A stretch of 64,000 bases of DNA from an uncultured Armatimonadetes bacterium (GTDB taxonomy: Bacteria > Armatimonadota > UBA5829 > DTJY01). Numbering within the stretch: position 1 is the stretch's first letter; each line of letters opens with the position of its first letter. The notes under the pieces are model-generated. The model saw only the letters and a list, made by a program, of their open reading frames with translations, was not told where the DNA came from and did not search any database. The position numbers and the translations under genes were made by a program. The stretch covers positions 4,096,001 to 4,160,000 of the forward strand of contig OY970325.1 in the NCBI GenBank assembly GCA_963717145.1. Reading direction: 5' to 3'. Below, piece by piece: positions 19,227 through 28,780 of the stretch.

Positions 19227-20069
19227 CTATCCTTTCACATGGCTATGGAGTCCGGGGAGGAAGAAGGTGACCCCTATGTAGGTGATCAGCACGCAGAGGA
19301 ATCCGATCGCGAGCAGGCGGTTCGACCACTTCCCGCGCCAGCCCTGGACCATACGCACGTGCAGGTATGCCGCATAGACGAGCCACGTGATCAGCGACGC
19401 GGTCTCCTTCGGGTCCCATTCCCAATACTTCCCCCACGCCGTCTGTGCCCAGAGCGCGCCCGTGATGATCCCCAGCGTGAGCATCGGGAACCCGAACGCG
19501 ACCATCTTGTACGCCAGGCCGTCGAGCGAGTCGAGCGAGGGCAGATGCCGCTGCAAGACGGTGATCCGCTTGGCCTTCAGCATCTTCTCCTGGAGCATGT
19601 ACCCGAGCGCCGCGCCGAACGCCAGCGCGAAACTCGCGTATGCCGCCAGACTGCTGATGATGTGGATCGCGGCCCAGCGGTTTCCGAGCATCTGGCCGAG
19701 CAAGGCGTCGCCGGCGTTCAACTCCGGTGAGAGCGACAGGGAGACATAGAACCCGAGCGCGATCAACGCGAGCATGCTGGCGAAGACGCTCAGCGCGGTG
19801 TTCTCGGACCTGCGTTGCGCGGTGAGATAGATCGCGGTCAGTACCCACGCGACAAAGGTGAGCGATTCGACCATCGTCCCGAACGGCAGCCGATGCTGTT
19901 CGATCCCGTGTGCGACGATCGCCAGGGTGAGCAGACCGAGCCCCCCGATCCCTACCACAGTCGCCGCGCGCTTGACCCGGCCCGCCTTAGACGTGACACT
20001 CCCGACGTGCAGCACCACCGAGACCGCATACACTACGAGCGTGATCAGGAACAGCACGTGGCTATACAT
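19227..20069 (-). CDS. ccsA: Cytochrome c biogenesis protein CcsA/ResC (copy 2)
   Basis: WAQTAWGKYWEWDPKET WWD motif; C-terminal GLHSH. Confidence 0.92.
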   Translation of the reverse strand: MYSHVLFLITLVVYAVSVVLHVGSVTSKAGRVKRAATVVGIGGLGLLTLAIVAHGIEQHRLPFGTMVESLTFVAWVLTAIYLTAQRRSENTALSVFASMLALIALGFYVSLSLSPELNAGDALLGQMLGNRWAAIHIISSLAAYASFALAFGAALGYMLQEKMLKAKRITVLQRHLPSLDSLDGLAYKMVAFGFPMLTLGIITGALWAQTAWGKYWEWDPKETASLITWLVYAAYLHVRMVQGWRGKWSNRLLAIGFLCVLITYIGVTFFLPGLHSHVKG

Positions 20070-21450
20070 CGCGGTCGGCCTCCTTTTCGGTCGGGCATAT
20101 TCCGAACGCGTCGCAGATCGTGTCGAGCCGGGTGGAGACATCGTCCCCCGCGTACTCCTTGATCCGGATCATCGGCTGGTGGCAAATCTTGTTCACGATC
20201 GAGCGAGTCGTCTGGTTGACGGCCTCGATCTCCTCCTCGGACAGGTTCGGCAGCCGGGCGCGGAGTCTCTCCAACTCCGACTGCCTGATCTCCTCGAACT
20301 TGTCTCTGAGCGCGGTGATGACCGGCACGGCGTCCAACGTGCGGAACCAATCCATGAACTTCTCGACCTCCTCGCGGACGATCACCTCCACCTTCGCGAT
20401 CTCGGCATCCCGCTCCTCCGCGTCGGCGGCGACCACCGCCTGCAGGTCGTCGATGTTGTACAGGAAAACGTCGTCCAGTTCACCGACCTCGGGTTCGACA
20501 TCCCTGGGCACTGCGAGGTCGATGATGAAGACCGGCCGGCCCCGACGGACCCGCATCGCCTGCGAGACCATATCCCGCGTGACGATCGGCTTCCCGGCGG
20601 CGGTCGAGGTGATGACGATGTCCGATCTCTGCATGGCCGACTGTATCTCATCGAACTTGAGAGGCCTTCCGCCGAACCGCTCGGCGAGATCGACCGCCCG
20701 CTCGTATGTCCGATTCGCGACGAGCACGGAGGTCACTCCCGCTGATGAGAGATGAGTCGCAGTCAGTTCGCCCATCTTTCCCGCGCCAACGATCAGGACC
20801 GTGCGGCCTTTGAGCGGGTCGAAGATCGAGCGCGCGAGTTGGACCGCCGCGTATCCTACGGAGAACGCGCCTCGACCGATCTCAGTCTCGGTGCGGGAGC
20901 GCTTCCCGACGGTGATCGCCTGCTGGAATAGCGCATTGAGCACCGGGCCGGTCGCTCCCGCCTCGGATGCCGCCGCATAAGCCGATTTCACCTGCCCGAG
21001 AACCTGCGCCTCCCCGAGGATCATGGAGTCGATCCCCGAAGCGACGCGAAAGAGGTGCTCGATCGCCTTGTGGCCGGAAAGGGAGTAGAGATGCGGCTCG
21101 AACGACTCGCGGGCGAGGCCACTGCGCTCGGCGATGGCCTCGATGATGTCGTCGGCTGCCCTCACCCCCGACCCCTCTCCCGGAGGGCGAGGGGAGACTC
21201 CACCCTCTACCTTCGGTTGTTCCCCCTCGCCCTCCGGGAGAGGGGTCGGGGGTGAGGGTCGACTCTGTAAGGTCGTCCAGGCGTAGATCTCGGTCCGATT
21301 GCAGGTCGAGAGGACTACGGCCTCCCTCAACCCTTCGTTCCTCAGTAGAGCATCGAGGAACGCCTTCGGGTCGCTCTCGGGCATGCAGAGTCGCTCGCGG
21401 ATCTCGACCGGAGCGGTCACGTGGTTCAGGCCTATGACTACCAGATGCAC
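20062..21450 (-). CDS. hemA: Glutamyl-tRNA reductase with an in-frame REP insertion
   Basis: LSTCNRTEIY, SMILGEAQVLGQVK, GAGKMG, DLAVPRD. Confidence 0.95.
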   Translation of the reverse strand: MHLVVIGLNHVTAPVEIRERLCMPESDPKAFLDALLRNEGLREAVVLSTCNRTEIYAWTTLQSRPSPPTPLPEGEGEQPKVEGGVSPRPPGEGSGVRAADDIIEAIAERSGLARESFEPHLYSLSGHKAIEHLFRVASGIDSMILGEAQVLGQVKSAYAAASEAGATGPVLNALFQQAITVGKRSRTETEIGRGAFSVGYAAVQLARSIFDPLKGRTVLIVGAGKMGELTATHLSSAGVTSVLVANRTYERAVDLAERFGGRPLKFDEIQSAMQRSDIVITSTAAGKPIVTRDMVSQAMRVRRGRPVFIIDLAVPRDVEPEVGELDDVFLYNIDDLQAVVAADAEERDAEIAKVEVIVREEVEKFMDWFRTLDAVPVITALRDKFEEIRQSELERLRARLPNLSEEEIEAVNQTTRSIVNKICHQPMIRIKEYAGDDVSTRLDTICDAFGICPTEKEADRDV

Positions 21451-22065
21451 TTGTGAGCTGTCTCCAGTGCCTCGTCATGCCGCCCCTCCGCCAGAAGGCG
21501 CAGCGCATTCGAGTCGAGGATTCGGTTGTATGCGCTCGCTCGCTCGTCCATCGTGGCGTACTTCGCCTTGATCTCGCTTCTGAGAGAGCCGAGCAGGTCG
21601 GCGAGCATTCCGTACTCCGGGCCGTAGCGCGCCTCTATCTCCTCGCGGATCCGGCGAGCCATCGCCGGGCTCTTCCCGGAGGTCGAGACGCTGATGACGA
21701 GGTCGCCGCGCATGACCGACGCCGGCACGAAGAAACTGCACAGCTCGGGGTCGTCGACAACGTTGACAAGTATGCGCCGATCCCGGGCGTCGGAGGATAC
21801 CTGCTTGTTTGTTCCCCGATCGTCGGTCGCGCCAATCACCAGGAACGCGCCGTCCAGATGCTCGGGGCGGTATTCCGAATCGACGTGCTCGATCCGGCCT
21901 TTGGATGCCCACTCGGCGAGCTTGGAGGTGATCTCAGGCGATATGACGCGGACGGAGGCGCCGAATTCGAGGAGCGATTCGACCTTCCGCTCCGCGACGG
22001 GTCTACCCGCCGATAACCGCGCAGGTCTGACCGCTCAGACTGAGGTTGATTGGATAATGGGACAT
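21438..22065 (-). pseudogene. Precorrin-2 dehydrogenase/sirohydrochlorin ferrochelatase (SirC/CysG-B/Met8p), frameshifted
   Basis: ATG 22065 gives MSHYPINLSLSGQTCAVIGG* (TAG 22003-22005); a shifted frame continues PVAERKVESLL...VNVVDDPELCSF...STSGKSP. Confidence 0.8.
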
Positions 22066-22133
22066 GGTTGATGGTCGATGGCTGATGGTTGATGGGGATT
22101 CGGGACGTTAACCATCAGCCATCAACCATTCCC

Positions 22134-22955
22134 TCATTTCGCGTAAGCGTGCAGGCCGCCGAGAAGGTTCACGCCGTACAGGGTGAAGAGCACTGCCGCG
22201 AATCCGACGATCGTCATGATCGCCGACTTCCGGCCTCGCCAGCCGTGTGTAGATCGCATGTGCAGGAACGACGCGTAGATCAGCCACGTGATGAGCGCCC
22301 AGGTCTCCTTCGGGTCCCAACTCCAGTACGTGCCCCATGCCTTCTGCGCCCAGATCGCGCCAGTGATCAGCAGAAGCGTCTGCATCAGGAATCCGAAGCT
22401 GATCAGCCGATATATCGTCTGATCGAGGACCGCCGCCGATGGAATCCTGGTGGCCCAGAAGGAAGCCTGGCCCTCGTTCTTCTCGCGGATGAGATACATG
22501 ATCGCCGCACCGACGGCGATGGCGAAGGCCGAATACGCCAGGATCGCCGTTGCGATGTGCGGTACGCGCCACGCGCTCCGCAGCGCCGGCATCGTCGGGT
22601 TCACGTCGATCGGCAGTCGGATGGCCAGGAGAGAGATCCCTGCCACAAGCGGTACGGCGAACGAACCGTAGGCCCGGGTCTTCGTCAGGAATTCGAGGCC
22701 GAGGTAGACGATCACTGCACCCCATGCGTACGATAGCATGTATTCGTACAGGTTCAGGAACGGTGGTCGCTGGGCCGCCACGGTCCGCACGACAAGCGAC
22801 CCTGTGTGGAACGCTAGACCGATGAGCAGGAGCGCGAGCCCGGCTTGGCCGATCGCGCGCCTCTTGTCGAAAAGGTGGACGACGTAGAATACGGCTGCGG
22901 CCAGGTAGATCCAGAATGCTATCGTAAAGAGCGTCGAGCCCAGTGTGACTGTCAT
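22134..22955 (-). CDS. ccsA: Cytochrome c biogenesis protein CcsA/ResC (copy 1)
   Basis: WAQKAWGTYWSWDPKETW; GLHAY. Confidence 0.93.
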   Translation of the reverse strand: MTVTLGSTLFTIAFWIYLAAAVFYVVHLFDKRRAIGQAGLALLLIGLAFHTGSLVVRTVAAQRPPFLNLYEYMLSYAWGAVIVYLGLEFLTKTRAYGSFAVPLVAGISLLAIRLPIDVNPTMPALRSAWRVPHIATAILAYSAFAIAVGAAIMYLIREKNEGQASFWATRIPSAAVLDQTIYRLISFGFLMQTLLLITGAIWAQKAWGTYWSWDPKETWALITWLIYASFLHMRSTHGWRGRKSAIMTIVGFAAVLFTLYGVNLLGGLHAYAK

Positions 22956-23021
22956 ATCATCTCCCATATGGAGTGCGGAAGCGGAGTCCTCATCAGCCTC
23001 CGCACTCCACGGCAATCCGTC

Positions 23022-23966
23022 TTACTTAGTCGCCTTCTTGAAGTTGTGCTGGCCTTCGGGCATATGGCACGACGCGCAGGTCGCATCGGCAGCCGCCTGA
23101 GGGGCATGTGTCTTCATGTCGGTGACCTTCCCGGCATGGCATCCGAGGCAGAGGTCGTTCACCGGCTTCTTCAACTGGGACTTGCCGCTCGCCACGGTGT
23201 GCGGATCGTGGCAGGTTTCGCAGTTGACGCCCACCTGTGCGTGTTTGCTGGTGATGAACTCCGAATACTGCTGGTTGTTCCCCGGCATGGTCGGCTTGGC
23301 ATCCACGAGGAACTTGGTCAGGTCGTCCCCCGGCATGAATCCTACGGGATGCGCGAACTTGCCGCTCGGGTCCTTGCCCGAGGAGTGACACTGGCCGCAG
23401 ACCATAGCCTGCTTCGCCTTGTCGAGCTTGGCCGGGTTCACGATGGAAGTCTTGTTTGCCATGTGGTCGCTGCCCGGACCGTGGCACGACTCACACTGCA
23501 CTCCCTCCGCGAGGAACTTCTTCGTGGCGGGATCGAAACCGGTCGTGTGGCATGAGATGCACAGAGTGGTGCCGTCACACTCGGTCGTTGGCTTCCACTG
23601 CTTCTCCTTCACGTACCACATGGCGGGCAGGACCTTGAAGTTGGCGTCGAGGTAGGCCTGCTTGTTGCGGCCCTTGCCGAGCACCCACGCCACCTTGTCC
23701 TTCGTGAAGGCGGAATTCGAGGCGAAATCGCCGACGATAGCGCCCTCCGCGGAGGCCTTCTGCATGGCCTTCGGATGGGAGGTCTTATCGAAAAGCGGGA
23801 CGAAGGCCTTGCCCTTCTCCAGATTCTGGTGGCACATCTTGCACATCGCATAGCCCTTGTACGCTGCCTTGTGGACATCCCAGGCATCCTGGGCCAGCGC
23901 CGTCAGACCGAAGATGGCAAGAACGACGATCGCAACGGACGAGAACACGAAAACTCTTCTGCGCAT
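23022..23966 (-). CDS. Heptaheme c-type cytochrome
   Basis: Signal peptide; seven CxxCH motifs (CKMCH, CISCH, CESCH, CGQCH, CETCH, CLGCH, CASCH). Confidence 0.92.
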   Translation of the reverse strand: MRRRVFVFSSVAIVVLAIFGLTALAQDAWDVHKAAYKGYAMCKMCHQNLEKGKAFVPLFDKTSHPKAMQKASAEGAIVGDFASNSAFTKDKVAWVLGKGRNKQAYLDANFKVLPAMWYVKEKQWKPTTECDGTTLCISCHTTGFDPATKKFLAEGVQCESCHGPGSDHMANKTSIVNPAKLDKAKQAMVCGQCHSSGKDPSGKFAHPVGFMPGDDLTKFLVDAKPTMPGNNQQYSEFITSKHAQVGVNCETCHDPHTVASGKSQLKKPVNDLCLGCHAGKVTDMKTHAPQAAADATCASCHMPEGQHNFKKATK

Positions 23967-23994
23967 ACACTTCGCTCCTTAAGTGACGATAAGT

Positions 23995-24142
23995 GGTGGG
24001 ATTATAGCATATCCGATGCTCCTCGTGCAAGAGCTTCTGCCCCGGTTCGCGCTCATTCGTGTGTAGTCGTGCCTGGATGACACGAGCGTGGGCCATTCGA
24101 ATGCCCTCGCAGGAAGCGTTTTCGGATCGCCATGCATCCCAC
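23995..24142 (-). ncRNA. Candidate rod-like structured RNA (6S-like?) whose 3' arm overlaps the cytochrome promoter
   Basis: Nested pairing GTGGGAT/ATCCCAC, GCAT/ATGC, ATCCGA/TCGGAT, TGCGAGGGC/GCTCTTGCA, with G-U pairs only on the minus strand. Confidence 0.45.
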
Positions 24143-24449
24143 AATAGCTTATACTACCCGAAAGGCCGAATTGTTACCACACGTCTGTCGAGTGGCACGG
24201 CCCTCAATGCTGGTGAGCCGTGCCGGGGCGGAAATCGCAAACAATTTCACAATAGTTTGCAGTTGCCAAGGCATTGGGTACAGGTACCTCGATTATTAAG
24301 AAAAAAATCCCCAAAGAAGCCTTTCTTGCCCTCCGCCTTGCAGGAGTTTATGGAAACTCTGGCAAACTGTTACATATAGGAGGGCGTTCGCCCCGGATGG
24401 CTCTGGAGCCATCGAATGAACTACATCCAAAGGAGGATGGGCATCCACA

Positions 24450-25835
24450 ATGTACAACACGATGCAACGAATTTCCACCCTGTTGCTCATCGGGCTGATC
24501 GCGCTGTCAGCCGCGACTGCAGGAGTGAAGCCGAATGGCCTGATCTCCGACAATGCGGTGCTCCAGCGAGGGATATCCGTGCCGATCTGGGGTACCGCGG
24601 ACCAGGGCGAGAAGGTGACTGTCAGGTTCCAGGGCCAGACCGTTTCGACGACGGCTTACGGTGGCCTGTGGATCGTCCGACTGAAACCACTGAAGGCAGG
24701 TGGCCCGTTCACCATGCAGATCAACGACCTGGAGTTGAAGAACATCCTCGTCGGCGAGGTCTGGATCTGCAGCGGGCAATCGAACATGGCGTTTGCGCTC
24801 TCCAAGAGCGAGAACGGCGAATCCGCCACCGCGTCCTCGAAGGATCCGATGCTCCGAATCCTTACCGTTCCGAAGACCGACAAGACAGGCGAATTCGCCG
24901 TCTCGTGGCGAGAGTGCGGGCCGGAGACCATCGGCAGCTTCTCGGCGGTCGGCTACTTCTTCGGCCGGGATCTGCGAAAGGACTTGAAGGTACCGATCGG
25001 CCTGATCGACTCCTCCGTCGGTGGCACTCCCGCCGAGGCGTGGACGAGCCGTCTGGCCATTCGGGCCAATCCCGATCTCAAGGGAATGCTCACGAACTCG
25101 GCTCGCACCGGGAAGGGACGACCGGGCGCGCTCCACGCTGCAATGATTGCGCCTCTGCAGCCCTACGCCATTCGAGGCGTCATCTGGTATCAGGGCGAGG
25201 CCAATGCCGCTCGAGCGCAGGAGTACCGCACCCTGTTCCCTTCGATGATCGCCGACTGGCGCAGTGCCTGGGGGCAGGGCGACTTCCCGTTCCTGTTCGT
25301 CCAGCTTGCTCCGTATGCGACCAATCTCCCCGAGGGCACATGGGCTGAGCTTCGCGAGGCCCAGCTTGTGACCTCCAAGACAGTGCCGAACACCGCGATG
25401 GCGGTCATCACCGATCTTGGCGAGGAGAATGATATCCATCCCAAGAAGAAAGAGCCGGTGGGCGGGCGACTGGCTCTTGCGGCCCGTGCTCTCGCTTACG
25501 GTGAGCGGATCGAGTACTCAGGCCCGATCTACAGCAAGGCTGTGATCGTCGACGACAAGATGATCCTGTGCTTCGATCACGTCAACGGCGGACTGGTGGC
25601 CAAAGGTGAGACGCTGGCCGGCTTCACCATCGCCGGCAAGGATGGGAGCTACTATCCGGCCAAGGCGGAGATCAGGCGGGACAAATGCGTCCTCGTTTCG
25701 AGTCCGGAGGTGCCGAAACCGACCTCCGTCAGATACGGATGGTCGAACTGGATGGCTGTGAACCTGTTCAACAAGGCCGGACTCCCGGCCAGCCCGTTCT
25801 GCAGTTGCGACTTCCCCATGAAGATGGTGGACTAG
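24450..25835 (+). CDS. Sialate O-acetylesterase (SASA family)
   Basis: GEVWICSGQSNM, IWYQGEAN, DIHP. Confidence 0.93.
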   Translation: MYNTMQRISTLLLIGLIALSAATAGVKPNGLISDNAVLQRGISVPIWGTADQGEKVTVRFQGQTVSTTAYGGLWIVRLKPLKAGGPFTMQINDLELKNILVGEVWICSGQSNMAFALSKSENGESATASSKDPMLRILTVPKTDKTGEFAVSWRECGPETIGSFSAVGYFFGRDLRKDLKVPIGLIDSSVGGTPAEAWTSRLAIRANPDLKGMLTNSARTGKGRPGALHAAMIAPLQPYAIRGVIWYQGEANAARAQEYRTLFPSMIADWRSAWGQGDFPFLFVQLAPYATNLPEGTWAELREAQLVTSKTVPNTAMAVITDLGEENDIHPKKKEPVGGRLALAARALAYGERIEYSGPIYSKAVIVDDKMILCFDHVNGGLVAKGETLAGFTIAGKDGSYYPAKAEIRRDKCVLVSSPEVPKPTSVRYGWSNWMAVNLFNKAGLPASPFCSCDFPMKMVD

Positions 25836-25929
25836 CCGCGTGATCGGTGTATCACTGCGAGGCCGGCCGGGTTCTCCGGCTGGCCTCAACATCATATGCA
25901 GGACTCTCCTCCTCTTCCGCAGAACTCAT

Positions 25930-26586
25930 ATGCAAATACCGGGGGAGGATATATATACCTTGCAGCTATCATCCAAGCGTTCTGTTTCTGTCTACGTCAT
26001 CCTGTTCCTCGTCGCCGCGATCGCCGTCTCTCGCCCGGTTCACGCGCAGAAAGCGCCGCCGGATCCGTCATTCGCCGCCGCCCAGCTCGAACTCCTGCGC
26101 GCGCAGATCGAGACCGAGAAGACGCGCATGGAGTATTACCGCACACAGACCGAGGCCAACGGCGAGAAGCAAGCCGTGCCGCTGGTGAAGAAGTTCCTGA
26201 ACGATCCGGCCGACGCGGTCGGGGCGTTCGGCGCGGTGATAGGGTTCTTCCTCGCATTCTTCGTGCTCCTGGGCAATCGGGACGCGACCCGCATGCACAT
26301 GAGGGATATGGAGTTCTACGAAACGCTCAGGCGGTTCGGTGACGGCAGTCCCGCGATGCGGGCCGGCGCGTCCGGCATACTGGCGGTGATGGGTGGAGTC
26401 CGGAATCGCCGGTCGCGTCCGTACCTCGATACGGCGGTCGACCAGCTCATCGCGGGCCACCGCCTCGAGGAGAACGACGCGGTCCGTGACGCGATGACGG
26501 CCGCCCTCAAGCATCTCATCCTCACCGATCCGATCCGAGTCCGCACCAAACTCTCCGCCGCCGGCATCAAGCTCCCGGAAGGCTGA
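25930..26586 (+). CDS. Hypothetical membrane protein
   Basis: Two hydrophobic segments and a helical C-terminus; start uncertain. Confidence 0.6.
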   Translation: MQIPGEDIYTLQLSSKRSVSVYVILFLVAAIAVSRPVHAQKAPPDPSFAAAQLELLRAQIETEKTRMEYYRTQTEANGEKQAVPLVKKFLNDPADAVGAFGAVIGFFLAFFVLLGNRDATRMHMRDMEFYETLRRFGDGSPAMRAGASGILAVMGGVRNRRSRPYLDTAVDQLIAGHRLEENDAVRDAMTAALKHLILTDPIRVRTKLSAAGIKLPEG

Positions 26587-27197
26587 GTGGGAAACACGAA
26601 TGACACGAACGGACGAATAGGCTCAGCTTGCCTGTATATAAGGGACACGCACCTACTTCCAACTCAGCGTCGGAACCGTCGCCGGTTGGGCGAACAGGCC
26701 GAGCCTACGCCATGCCTCCCAGTCCTGGAAGCGCTGACCGGTCGCATCCTCCCTATTCGCGAACACCTCGCGTGAGCGTTAGTGATGACGCGGCGAGCGT
26801 ATCCGTCGCGGAGTCTTGGGCAGTTGAAGGGAGTTGCTCGTGGAGATGAAGCACGGGAGGAGGTAAGCGTGCCACGGATTCAGGTTCGCGCGGGCGTTCG
26901 GTGCGGTGTATGAGTTCGTGGAGGGGGCTGAGTGTGATAATAGCGGGTCAGACTGTTGACCATTCTGTAAATACCGTGCCTGTCCCAGTTTCCCAGTTTC
27001 CTCCGCTTGGCGTTCTTGGCGACTTGGCGGTTCCAACTCCATGCGTCGCAGAAACCCCCTCGGCCCAGAGGCCGGTCCCCCTTCGTAAGGGGGACATCAT
27101 GTGCTCCCCCCATCAACCATGAACCATCAACCATTGCCCAACTCCGATGTGGTATACTGTTCACTGATTACCGTTCACCGTTCACCGGAGGTAACCC

Positions 27198-28178
27198 ATG
27201 ACACGCATACGCCCGCGACGGCTGCGGGTCTCCGAGGCCATGAGGCGCATGGTCTGCGAGACCGAGCTGTCCGTCAACGATTTGATCTACCCGATGTTCG
27301 TCATGCCCGGCGAAGGATCCCGTGTGGAGATCCCATCGATGCCGGGGTGCTTTCGCATGTCGGTCGACGAGCTGTGCAAGGAAGCCGCCGAGGTCCAGGC
27401 GCTCGGCATCCCGGGGATATTGCTATTCGGGCTGCCGGAGTCGAAAGACGAGATCGGCTCGGGCGCATATGACCCCGAGGGGATCGTCCAGCAGGCGGTC
27501 CGTGCGATCAAGTCGTCCGTGAAAGACCTGCTCGTCATCACCGACGTGTGCATGTGCGAATACACGTCCCACGGCCACTGCGGGATCATCTCCGGCGAGA
27601 AGGTCCTGAACGACCGCACGGTCATGCTGCTCGCGAAGACCGCCCTCTCCCATGCGCAGGCGGGCGCGGATATCGTCGCCCCGTCCGACATGATGGACCT
27701 CCGCATCGGGGCGATCCGGGATGCGCTCGATGAGCATGGCTTCGAGGACACGGCGATCATGGCATACTCGGCGAAGTATTCGTCTGCGTTCTACGGCCCG
27801 TTCCGCGAGGCGGCGGAGTGCGCGCCTCAGTTCGGCGACCGGAAGGCATACCAGATGGACCCGGCGAATTCGCGCGAGGCCCTCAAGGAGGTCGCGCTCG
27901 ACATCGAGGAGGGCGCTGACATCGTGATGGTGAAGCCGGCGCTCGCGTACATGGACATCATCCGCCAGGTGAAGGACTCGACCGACATCCCCGTGGCGGC
28001 GTTCAACGTCTCTGGCGAGTACTCGATGGTGAAGGCGGCGGCGCAGAACGGCTGGATCGACGAACAGAAGGTCGTCTCGGAGATACTGACATCCCTCAAG
28101 CGCGCGGGCGCGGACATCATCCTGACCTACCACGCGATGGATGTGGCGGAGGGGATGGGGCGAATGGTTGATGGTTGA
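27198..28178 (+). CDS. hemB: Porphobilinogen synthase
   Basis: [36 protein letters not shown]. Confidence 0.97.
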   Translation: MTRIRPRRLRVSEAMRRMVCETELSVNDLIYPMFVMPGEGSRVEIPSMPGCFRMSVDELCKEAAEVQALGIPGILLFGLPESKDEIGSGAYDPEGIVQQAVRAIKSSVKDLLVITDVCMCEYTSHGHCGIISGEKVLNDRTVMLLAKTALSHAQAGADIVAPSDMMDLRIGAIRDALDEHGFEDTAIMAYSAKYSSAFYGPFREAAECAPQFGDRKAYQMDPANSREALKEVALDIEEGADIVMVKPALAYMDIIRQVKDSTDIPVAAFNVSGEYSMVKAAAQNGWIDEQKVVSEILTSLKRAGADIILTYHAMDVAEGMGRMVDG

Positions 28179-28232
28179 TGGGGAATGGCTGATGGGGGAA
28201 CGGTTCATGGTTGATGGCTGACGGGGACCGGA

Positions 28233-28341
28233 ACCCGCTAGTCCTGAGTGCGCCTCTGGGCGTGTATCGAAGGACGGCCTACGGAGTGCCACAAGGCCGT
28301 CCTTCGATACACGCCCAGAGGCGCACTCAGGACTAGCGGGT
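28233..28341. repeat. Long palindrome (CTAGTCCTGAGT family); short copy at 58146-58189
   Basis: acccgctagtcctgagtgcgcctctgggcgtgtatcgaagga ... exact inverse. Confidence 0.85.
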
Positions 28342-28376
28342 CCTGTTGTGCAGGGCTCAACCCACGAAGTTCCCAC

Positions 28377-28417
28377 AAAGAAAGAAGGCCGGCGATCACT
28401 CGATCGCCGGCCTTTCG
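28377..28417. terminator. Bidirectional intrinsic terminator
   Basis: aaggccggcgatc-actc-gatcgccggcctt; longer U-tract on the minus strand. Confidence 0.8.
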
Positions 28418-28745
28418 GCTAGGTACGAAGTTGGCTCAATGAAAGCATCTCGCGGTTGTCTCGCCGCTGACGAATGCTAACCCCAGACAGTCCACCGCCA
28501 GCGCCCGCAAGGCCTGGGGAACTGCGCACCGATCGGTCTGGTAAGCGCATGATCCGCCGAATCTCTCTGTGGCGGATCAGCGTGGGCAAGGGAGTCGCCC
28601 GTCGCCGATCTTCCGGCATATGTTCCAATCGCTGGTCGCGGTGAAATCAATGAGAAGGGATACAGAAGCGGTACGCTGGTCAAAGAGGATCTAAGGCACA
28701 GCCACGCATCTCTTTCTCCTACTTCGACGGTCTGGCGCCGTCTTC
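28377..28745 (-). ncRNA. Candidate ~365-nt structured RNA with a 9-codon 5' ORF (28680-28709, MRGCALDPL)
   Basis: Own promoter and terminator; no credible long ORF; many hairpins with minus-strand G-U pairs; 5' CGAAGT pairs with 3' ACTTCG. Confidence 0.55.
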
Positions 28746-28751
28746 TATAAC

Positions 28752-28780
28752 AATATAATGCGGATACCGAATTCCGTCAA
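28752..28780 (-). promoter_or_regulatory. Sigma70-type promoter driving the 28377-28745 transcript
   Basis: TTGACG-N17-TATATT on the minus strand. Confidence 0.65.

Noticed and set aside
22003-22005. Pyrrolysine or stop readthrough at the TAG in the sirC-like gene
   Set aside because: Downstream homology is in a different frame, so readthrough would not restore the protein
24192-24210. Additional sigma54 promoter (TGGCACG)
   Set aside because: No TTGC at the required -12 spacing
24235-24252. Rex-like operator upstream of the heme operon
   Set aside because: Only the TTCACAA half-site matches
28377-28745. tmRNA or RNase P RNA based on size
   Set aside because: No tRNA-like ends (T-loop with CCA) and no GAGGAAAGTCC P4 motif on either strand
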